The notes beneath the pieces were generated by a model. That model searched no databases. It was not told where the DNA came from and worked only from the letters and a program-made list of their open reading frames with translations. From positions 620,001 through 684,000 of the forward strand of contig CATNEN010000029.1 in NCBI GenBank assembly GCA_950097015.1: a DNA stretch of 64,000 nucleotides, in the 5' to 3' direction. This document shows, piece after piece, positions 1 to 9,200 of this stretch; position 1 is the first letter of the stretch, and every line of letters begins with the position of its first letter. A program made the position numbers and the translations under genes. The DNA is from Macrostomum hystrix. Lineage: Eukaryota > Animalia > Platyhelminthes.

Positions 1-1
1 C

Positions 2-784
2 GGAACTCCTAAGACGCTAACATCTGACAATGGTACACAGTTCACATCGCAATTATTTCAACAGGCCGCCAAACTACTGAATATTCAACAAATATTCACT
101 TCGACATATAATCCAAAAGCAAACCTCGTCGAAAGATTTCACAGAAATCTACATGAAATGCTGACACACTTTGTTTACAAACAACCTGAAGATTGGATTA
201 TTTACATACAATCCGTGACAATGGCCTACAATAGCGCAGTTCATCGTTCAACAGAGAACACACCATTCTTTCTGATGTTCTCTCGAGACTTTCAACCACC
301 GAATCTATTAGTTCAGAAATTACTGCCATCTCAATATGTTGACACGCCGACGACGCTACAAAAGTTCACTTCTCAATTACACCTAGCATGGCAAATTGCA
401 AAACATAATCTCGACAACCAATCTACCGTACCTACAACAAGTAATCATGCTTCTACCTTACAAGTAGGAGATATCGTCTACCTACACTACCCGGCACAGC
501 ATACGCACAAGCATGCTTTCAAATACAAAGGACCTTTCCGTGTAACAGGACTGATATCCGCGACAACAGCACGCCTTGCAAATATCCAGGATCCACATCA
601 ACCTCAGTTCTACGTTCACATTCAACGTTTAAAACGCATCACTAACGACACTACATTCCTTCCAACGTTACAGAATCCAGACCACACAAAAACAACAAAC
701 AAGCACATTGCAACAGCACATGCCGAGACACAAACCACAAACACACCACCAAATACTCATACGTATAACCTACGCCCGCGTTAA
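2..784 (+). CDS. Gypsy/Ty3 pol, 3' part: integrase core plus GPY/F C-terminal domain (5' end outside window)
   Basis: The frame is open from base 2: GTPKTLTSDNGTQFTS...YNPKANLVERFHRNL gives catalytic D and E motifs. YKGPFRV is the GPY/F motif, followed by HIQRLK and a terminal YNLRPR typical of Gypsy integrases. Confidence 0.93.
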   Translation, partial: GTPKTLTSDNGTQFTSQLFQQAAKLLNIQQIFTSTYNPKANLVERFHRNLHEMLTHFVYKQPEDWIIYIQSVTMAYNSAVHRSTENTPFFLMFSRDFQPPNLLVQKLLPSQYVDTPTTLQKFTSQLHLAWQIAKHNLDNQSTVPTTSNHASTLQVGDIVYLHYPAQHTHKHAFKYKGPFRVTGLISATTARLANIQDPHQPQFYVHIQRLKRITNDTTFLPTLQNPDHTKTTNKHIATAHAETQTTNTPPNTHTYNLRPR

Positions 785-915
785 ATTACTCGTTTATTGT
801 TACCCGTGTAGTGACCGGGATTAAGAATAGCACTACAGCTTCTCAAGCTTGTCGTAAAAGGCGACTAAAACCTCTGTTCTCTGCAAACGCCCACACAATT
901 TTCGCGAACACTACC

Positions 916-1134
916 ATGGACTGTCCTGTCTGTCTTGAAGAATTCTCATGTAAACTACCATGTATATGTGTCAATAAACACCATGTTTGCGGTTCTTGCT
1001 TAAGCCTCGCACACTACAAAAAACCATTAAAAAACTGTCCTTTGTGCCGTGGAAATCTCCGCCAATGTATGATATGTAACTCATGGCGAACTGTACAATA
1101 CTGTCAATACGTGATGTTATCTTATTATTGTTAA
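916..1134 (+). CDS. Small RING-HC (C3HC4) finger protein, 72 aa; extra ORF inside the Gypsy element
   Basis: ATG at 916 in ACCATGG context. MDCPVCLEEFSCKLPCICVNKHHVCGSCLSLAHYKKPLKNCPLCR fits C-x2-C-x11-C-x3-H-x2-C-x2-C-x12-C-x2-C, followed by another CxxC. Confidence 0.8.
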   Translation: MDCPVCLEEFSCKLPCICVNKHHVCGSCLSLAHYKKPLKNCPLCRGNLRQCMICNSWRTVQYCQYVMLSYYC

Positions 1135-1164
1135 GCTAAGTCATTTTCTTTTCCTCTCAATAAT

Positions 1165-1198
1165 AAATTCGGGACGAATTTTTCGTAAAAAAGGGAGA
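1165..1198 (+). promoter_or_regulatory. Pre-LTR hairpin and polypurine tract
   Basis: AAATTCG-GGA-CGAATTT stem-loop (1165-1181), then AAAAAAGGGAGA (1187-1198) just before the TG that starts the LTR. Confidence 0.75.
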
Positions 1199-1201
1199 TA
1201 T

Positions 1202-2248
1202 TGTAGAGAGTTGTAAAATACGTTTTTACTTAACGCGCTACTTAAAGTAATGTCACAAGGAAACCTTAGCTATAATGTTTAATCTATTTTTAGGAATGAG
1301 TCATGCGCTATTTTTAGAAACAAGTCATGTGACATGAAATCGGAGAACTGGTTCTCGACAGCTGTATTTACTTGAAGCAAACATGACTCATCGGTTTCTG
1401 CACCTGTATTTACACAATATTCCAAATATGGTAATGTTCACCTGAAAACCCCCCAAAACGCAGCTGATCAAACAAGTCTGACCTCACTGTGCAAACATGT
1501 ATGCCCAATGTAAACACCCGGTAGTAGAACCGGTTTTTCCCCAAAATTTTACTATAAATACAAGCGAAAATCCGAGCTAAAAATTCAGACTCGGAGCGGT
1601 CCACCGGACTTCAAAACACCTTACGAAGAAGAGGACTCATCTCTGAGGGAAAGACAAGTGGTAAGCGCTTTATTAGACAGAGTTATTTATTGCTAGCAAT
1701 AGTTGTTGAATTGAACTAAGTTTACGAGAGCCACATATCGTCGATACATTTGAGAAAGGCCTCCTTGTTTCCTAGGATACATTCCTAGAGGATTATTGAT
1801 TGATTTGAATTGAGTTATCCGTTATCTTTCGGAGGTAACGAAGAAGACGCCCTTCAGGAGGACCTACTAGAGATATACAAGAGAGATTTCAATTGTTCAC
1901 TAGGGCGCACGTTTCTATTGTGAATTCCGAGCTCGAGGAAACCGAAAAGTAATCTGATTCGCTCTCGTCATTTATTGGCCAACAGACAAACTCAAGCAGC
2001 TACCAGGAAGACAAAGAAGACAAGACTACAAAGACTCAAGAAGCAACAGAACCAATACTTCACGGTCGACCAGCACAAGAAGAAGAACCGCCGGCTATCG
2101 AAAACCAAAGACTACAAACAACTCACTATCAAGGAAGAAGAAGAAACTGCAGTAAGTGTCACGTGACTGTTATAAATTCCTAGGCAATTGTTCCCCATTG
2201 TCTAGAAGTGGGAGTTTCGTGTGTCTGATCAACACGCAAAACTCTTCA
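1202..2248 (+). mobile_element. 3' LTR (about 1047 bp) of the Gypsy element
   Basis: Starts TGTAGAGAGTT after the PPT. Ends AACTCTTCA, an imperfect terminal inverted repeat with TG...CA, where a host minisatellite begins. The right end is inferred because the 5' LTR is outside the window. Confidence 0.65.
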
Positions 2249-2460
2249 TCTCCTCCATTCAGCTGCAACCATCACCTCATTTTCTCTCCTCCATTCAGCC
2301 GTACCCAGCACCTCATTTTTTCTCCGGTTGAACCCACCACCTCATTTTCTCTCCTCCATTCAGCTGCACCCACCACCTCATTTTCTCTCCTCCATTCAGA
2401 TGCACCCATCACCTCATTTTCTCTCCTCCATTCAGCCGTACCCAGCACCTCATTTTCACT
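2249..2460. repeat. 36-bp minisatellite, about 6 copies
   Basis: Unit CTCCTCCATTCAGCTGCACCCACCACCTCATTTTCT. Confidence 0.85.
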
Positions 2461-2721
2461 CCCACCATGAACAGTGAAGCGGTAAAACTAAGTTACTCAG
2501 GTTGCGCTTTAAGGATGAAAATAACCAGGAAAAGGAGATTATGTTAAGGACCCGGTTCTTTTTATCGATTTACCTGGACAGCGGTTGGCAGGGGTTCCGA
2601 AATTTTCACCTGAAAACTATAGCGATGAGTGCACAAAAAGAACGAATAAAACTGCGTAAAGCCCAGATTTTTAGGTGCTTAAGTCCTCTCTCTCCCCTCT
2701 TCGCCGCGCCCGCGTACTTAC

Positions 2722-3228
2722 CGCCGCGTAGCCGCTGCCTGCTGCTCCCTTGGCGCAGCAGAGACAGTAGCCGGGCTTGCAGTGACAGAAGGCCCATAGC
2801 AGCGAGGACAGCAGCAGCAGCAGGGCCAGGAGCAGACCGGCGATCCAGGCCGACACGCTGCCGAGGCCAGCCAGCTCCGAAGCCGGCAGCCGCCAGGCTG
2901 GCACCGCCGCCGGCTCCTCCGCCGAGAGCGCCGCCGCTGGAAATTCCGTCAGCGCCGGCGCCGACTGCGTTGATGAGGCCGTTGCTTCCTGGAAACAGCA
3001 GATTGGGGTCAACGCCGCCACCTCCTGATGCGCCGCCGGTGCCAACATCGGCGTATCCGCCATTCGGTGGCAGCTTGACTCCGGGCTCGAATGGCGAGAG
3101 AATTCCGCCCTTCGGGTCGGCTAGTCGAGTCGGATACTCCACGAGTTCGACGCCGGGCGGATGCAGGGAACAGCCGATGCACAGCTTGCTGTCCATTTCA
3201 ACTGGGCGCACGCCGAGCCACTCGATGT
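2722..3228 (-). CDS. LamG/EGF gene exon: end of last LamG, Gly-rich stalk, TM helix, Cys cluster (one +1 frame break near 2872)
   Basis: Acceptor CCCCGCGCAG gives DIEWLGVRP...CIGC. WIAGLLLALLLLLSSLLWAFCHCKPGYCLCC lies in the +1 frame. Donor GTAAGT at 2721. Confidence 0.75.
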
Positions 3229-6200
3229 CTGCGCGGGGACGAGTCGAGTCCGCTGTATCAAGCTATCTGTGAGCCATAGAGAAGTACTATCTACCCTACA
3301 TAGTATCGACACTATTAGCTACACAGCTATATGACCATATATTTTTATGGCACTGCACATGGAATGCTTTGGCAAAACTGCCTGACGATAAGAGAGTGAG
3401 GATAAATGTGTATCGCGAGCACTCACCTCCAAGCGCTCCCAGGAAGCAGATGGCCGTCTCCGGCTGACGCACGCCTTCGCTGAAGTTGCCGCCGGCGAGG
3501 CGAAGGCCGACGTGAGCGAAGCTGCCGTCGGGTTCCAGCAGGTCCCGCTGCAGGATGTACAGATCCTCCAAGGCGCGGATGTTGTCCACACTGAGGCTGA
3601 CACCCTGGCCCTCGCGCCGGCCAACAATCACGTGATCCAAGCCATCGTTCATCGGCCTATCGAGCACAGTCCGATGATCGCCAGTGATGGAGTCGCGCAG
3701 GTGAACGGCGCCGCCTTTGAGGAAGAGCTGCCAGAACTGGCCGCGCCTATTGAATACAGGTGGCCAGGACTGTGCGGGCCTGGTAGGTCTGGAATCGCAG
3801 ACGGAAGGACTCGGAGACCACCGCCTGGCTGAGCTGGCACGTGCAGGTAAGCGCAGGTCGGACTGTTCACAGCTGGCTTCACCAGGAAACCCCACGGAGC
3901 TGCGGGTTTCAGCAATGGTCAATGCATAGTTGAACAAAGACTTTCATACTGTGCACAGCTGGTTTAGTCCATGGACTGGGATCTAATTGGGAATTAAGTG
4001 CCACGCTTGCGGACACTTGTCCCGCCCGTGGGCTAAGATTCAAACTGCCGACCTCTCAGCTACAACTAGTAAGCTACAGGCGCCCCGTCTTGTAGAACAA
4101 AGAGTTGCGTTAGTGAAAGCCCAATAGAACAAAGACTCACTTTTGTTGCACCGCGGCCCGTATCGGGGCAGGGTGCAGACGCAGGTCAGTCCGAAGCTGC
4201 TCTCCTGGCAGGCACCCCACGGGCCGCAATAGCTCGGCGAGTCGGCGCATTTCGGTGGCCGTCGCAGCGTCGCCGGGACAGTCAGCAGCTTGACATGGTC
4301 CTGGCTGGGCTGCTTTCCAGACTCCGGGAACCGGTCGGTGCTGTACACCTCGCCGTTCCAACGGAAGTCTGAAATTTTTTTTTCTAGATTAGACACTAGA
4401 GGAACTGCCCTTGACCTTGAAGTAGTGAGAAAAGGGTGCGAAATACAACTCTGAATACGACAGCTAGAGACAAGGAAAGTGTATAGAAATCATTATCTGC
4501 AGCATTGCATGACAACATTGATAAAGCAGCTTTTATTAATAATCTTACCGCTGATGCCTTGATAAAAGAAATGAAAGTTTTGTATTAAAATGGGTAATAA
4601 TAATAATGAATTGATTACACTTTCATGTACACCCAATTGGGCCAGATGTGCAGCCGACAGCACAGCCGCAGCTATTGCGCGGCCCATCTGAAAGCTGCGT
4701 ACAGCTGTTCAGTCCATGGACTGGTGAGGAAGCCACAACCACCCTCAATTACACAGCTGTTCCAGTGGAGTGGAGTCGGGAATCGAACCCACGACATTCA
4801 AGTCGTGACCCCGACGCTCTAATCACTAGGCTGCAAGCCCTTTACATACAATAATCTCTGCATGCAATAGGTTAACATTCGTGAAAAGCAGCGGGCGTGC
4901 TCACTTCCGATGACGCCTGAGAACAGATTCTGGCCTCTGGCGTCGGCGCCAAAGATGATCTGATGATATGGGAAGTTGTTCATATCTGGAACAGAAGGTA
5001 AAACAGTTTCAAGTATTATTGGGAGTGTCACCTGAGTTTGAGTGAGCAGATAGATAAACAAATTAGGTCTGCGGACTCACAGGCGCTGAGCACCGGCGCC
5101 TGCTGGTCGTCAACAAACACCCGAAACTGACCGCCCGACCTCTCGATGTACACCGTGTGGTAGGCGCCATTGGCGAAACCGCCGTGCGGCGCGGCCCTAA
5201 TCACGTGACGCACGCGCTGCCGGTTGAGCTTGAGCTGGCCGTCCTCGGCCTCCAACGACCAGAACTGGCCGTTGGTGCCGTTGAAGGTCAGGATAGTGCC
5301 AGTGCCGCGGAAAGTCTGGAAGCCGATGGTGACGTTGTCGGCGTCGGTGACGCGCGGCGGGACAACTCTCAGGATGTAGAAGCCTTCTGGCAGTGGCTGG
5401 TAGCCTCCAGGCAGATTCTCAGCCTCCGCGCTGATGAGGATGCCGGCACCCTGGCGAGTGCACAGACCGTCGGAGCCGATGTTGCTGAGGTAGCCGCTGC
5501 GAGAGCAATCGCACGAGCGTCGGCCATTGATGACACGGCAGATGCCGCCGTTACGACAGTCGAAGCGGCCACAGAGCTCCGGCCGGATTTCGCAGGTGCT
5601 GCCAGTGTAGCCGTTCTCGCACTGACAGAGGCAGCCGGCCTCGCTGGCACAGGCACACCGGCCCAGGCCATTGCAGTTGTTGAGGTAGGCGAAGCAGTCA
5701 AAGTTGGCGCAGTTCGGCCCTGAGTAGTGCCGCCGGCAGTCGCAGAGGGTCACGCATACGTTGCCGACGAGGGCGTTGGGATCACAGCGGCAAGTACCAC
5801 CATTCAGGCACCTGGTCGGGTCACACTGGAGCCTCCGCTCGCATCTGTCACCGACGAAGCCATTCGGGCAGCTGCAGCGGGGGCTGCAGGACGGGCCTTT
5901 GGCCGGGTCGCATTTGCACAGCCCGCCATTTTCGCAGCGAAAGTCGCTGGGGCAGCTGACCTCGTATTGGCAGCGATCGCCCCACCAGCCATCCTGACAG
6001 TAGCAGCTGGGGCTACAAGGGTAGCGGCCCTGGCACCCACAGACTCCGCGGCTGCCGCAATAGTTGGTCGGACAGGTTGGCCGGAGGTCGCAGCGGTCGC
6101 CGCCAAAGCCAGCCGGACAGTTGCACACGACGCCGTCGCCAGCACCGGAGGAGACGTCGTCGCGACAGATGCCGCCGTTGTAGCAGTAGCCGGGCCGGTC

Positions 6201-9200
6201 GGCGCAGCTGACGAGGCGGCAGGCGTTGTCCCAGAGAACGCTGCCGTGCGGCTGGCTGGTGAGCAGCCGTCTCTCGTCCAGCGGCCGGAAGTCGCCGCTA
6301 TGCTGCTTGTAGAAGACCAGGGTGGCCATACAGGTCGGGAGGCGGTGGGTCGCATGCGACAGGAAGCCCATGTCGGCCAGACGGCCTGCCAGGCGGTCGG
6401 GCACACCAGCCAGGTAGGCGTCACACTGGTAAGAGAAGCTGCTGGGGATCGTCGGCGGCCCCTCGAGGTGCATGCCGTCGATGACGAAGTACATCCGCTG
6501 ACTGGAGCGATACGATGAGATGTGCAGCCAGACGCGGTGCCAGCGGCCCTGGCTGAGGCTGTGCGGATAATTGACGTCATCGGAGAAAGCCTGGCCGGCC
6601 TGCAGGCTGAAGCTGTAGCGCAGCCGGCCACCGAACAGTTCCAGGCCGAAAAACCTGGACGGATGGAGGGCGAAAGATCTGATTGGTTACGGCTATGGCC
6701 TTGAACAGTCTTCATGTATCTGGGAGTCTGTGACATTCACTGCGGAGATATTTTTGGAGTGAGCGCGCCACAATAGATTCTGAGGGCGCCACAATGGATT
6801 CTGAGGGCGCCACCTCACCTGCCGCTCTCCATCACGTCAACCAGGAGCACCAGCAAGCCGTTGCTGGCTCTGGTTCTGAAGGACAGCTCCATGCTGAAGC
6901 CGTCCTGGTTGCGCAGCAGCACGTTCTGCCCGGCGGGCTTGCTGTACAGGTGGCTGCCCAGGAAGGTCACCACGAATTTGCTGGCCTGCTGCTCTGGCGG
7001 ACTGGGACGTGTCGGCGGCGCCGAGGTCGGAGTGACGTGCGGCGGCTTTACCTCATCGTCCAGGCTGTAGTGCTTGGACGGCATGAACAGGTCGTACAGG
7101 TACTTGGAGGTCAGCCAGTAGAAATTCTGCATGGAGCCAACGAAGCCGTAGAAGTTTTTTAACTTTCCCGGCATGGTGACCACGTTGCAGCCGCCGATCT
7201 CAATGGTATCGGTGGTCCAAACGAAGCCCTCGCGCGAGTCGGCGTTCAGCAGGGCTGCAAAAATTCGATTGGTTGAGAAAAATGAAAAAGAACCCAGGAA
7301 TTCACTAGTGCTCACTCAGGAGTGGCTTCCACTCGCCAACCTGATCGCATAATCTCAAGCTCAAGGATAAGTCTCTTACAGAGAAGGAGATCCGCGTGAC
7401 CCGGACGATCCAAGCGGACTAACAAATCTTTATTACCCATTAGATCCCAGCTGACACTCAAATCCCCTTGACCCGGATGATCCCAGAGGGCACTCAAATC
7501 CCCTTGAGCCGTTTAATCCCAGCTGACACTCAAATCCCCTTGAGCCTTTTAATCCCAGCTGACACTTAAATCCCCCTGAGCCGTTTAATCCCAGCTGACA
7601 CTTAAATCCCCCTGAGCCGTTTAATCCCAGCTGACACTTAAACCCCCCTGAGCCGTTTAATCCCAGCTGACACTCAAATCACCTTGAGCCGTTTAATCCC
7701 AGAGGGCACTCAAATCCCATTGAGCCGTTTAATCCCAGAGGGCACTCAAATCCCATTGAGCTGTTTAATCCCAGCTGACACTCAAATCACCTGGAGCCGT
7801 TTAATCCCAGAGGGCACTCAAATCCCCTTGACCCGTTTAATCCCAGCTGACACTCAAATCCCCCTGAGTCGTTTAATCCCAGCTGACACTCAAATCACCT
7901 TGAGCCGTTTAATCCCAGAGGGCACTCAAATCCCATTGAGCTGTTTAATCCCAGAGGGCACACGAATCCCCTTGACCCTGATGATCCCGGGGACTCACTT
8001 TTCCCCAGTTCCGATCCGGGCTTGTCGTCATCAACGTAGAACTCCAAGGTGTTGGCCCGCCGTTTAACAATGAGCGTGTGCCATTGGTCATCGTTGTAGC
8101 GCCTAGGATTACTGCTGGCCATTCTCAACACCTGCCGGATTAACAAATCGTGTGATTGACACTTTGAATATCGTTTGGCAGCCTTTTTTCAACGCGCAGT
8201 AAATAAAATCGCACAGCAAATCCAATATTAGCGAATAAACTATTTTTATACTGCATGTAAGCAAGTGGCTACTCATAATGGCTACTCATAGTAGTAATCA
8301 GATGATCAGTAGAATATTAATTGCCTGCCGAAGTTACAGAAGCGATGGCTGGGGAACAGAGGCGTCTATGGAAGTCAAAAGGTCAAAAGTTTGTTAGACA
8401 TTTTAAACAATGTTATAGTTTTCATCGCACGAGACAAAGACAGAAAAATATAAGTCCTTAAGCACTAATCGGTGCATTTCTTTGTTTTTACCTCGCAGTC
8501 AGAGAAACGGTTACCACCTGATGAGATGCACTGAAATTCATGCATTCATATCTGCGTTGAAATTTGTGCTTTCCTCTTTATCCTCTTAAAGGATTTTTTT
8601 AACCCATTGAAGCGAAAATTTTCCGATCTTCTTCTGATCTTCGTGTCTAACAGATCGAAGTATAAACTAAAACGATTATATCTTAGAGAAAAACTCCAAG
8701 ATTATAGCAAGAAAAAAACGAATACATTTTTGTGGCTGGCATTTAAAATTCACAACTAACCAAAGAGCTAATTTGGTTTTTTTAATGGTGCCTGCTGTTG
8801 ATCTAACAGATTATCCATAAGAATACTCGTATATTCAGAGCCTCTCTGTTTTGTTGTCTATGGTAAAACCTGCATACGAGCTGACCAAGTACATTACACT
8901 AGACCAAAAACTTCACTATCTATGGCTTTTCATTTTGTTTAGAATGACTGGAACCAATTTAAAAGCTGCGTGAACGGAAGCAATTCAGAGATCGTATGAT
9001 CAAAGTGAAAATGCGCAGGCACAGTTTTTACCATAGACAACAAGAATAGAAGCTATGAAGGCATGCCCTATCCATTATTAGATTATCAGCAGATCCCTAC
9101 CGGCGGTGTACTAGATGCAATTGGGTGCTTAGTGCCTGAATAATGTAGGTTAGTGGCAATGACAGGCCGACCATCCTGCAGATAGGCTTCCATAAAGATG

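Noticed and set aside
1975-2166. Lys/Arg-rich 63-aa ORF in the LTR
   Set aside because: It has a non-ATG start and reflects A-rich LTR composition.
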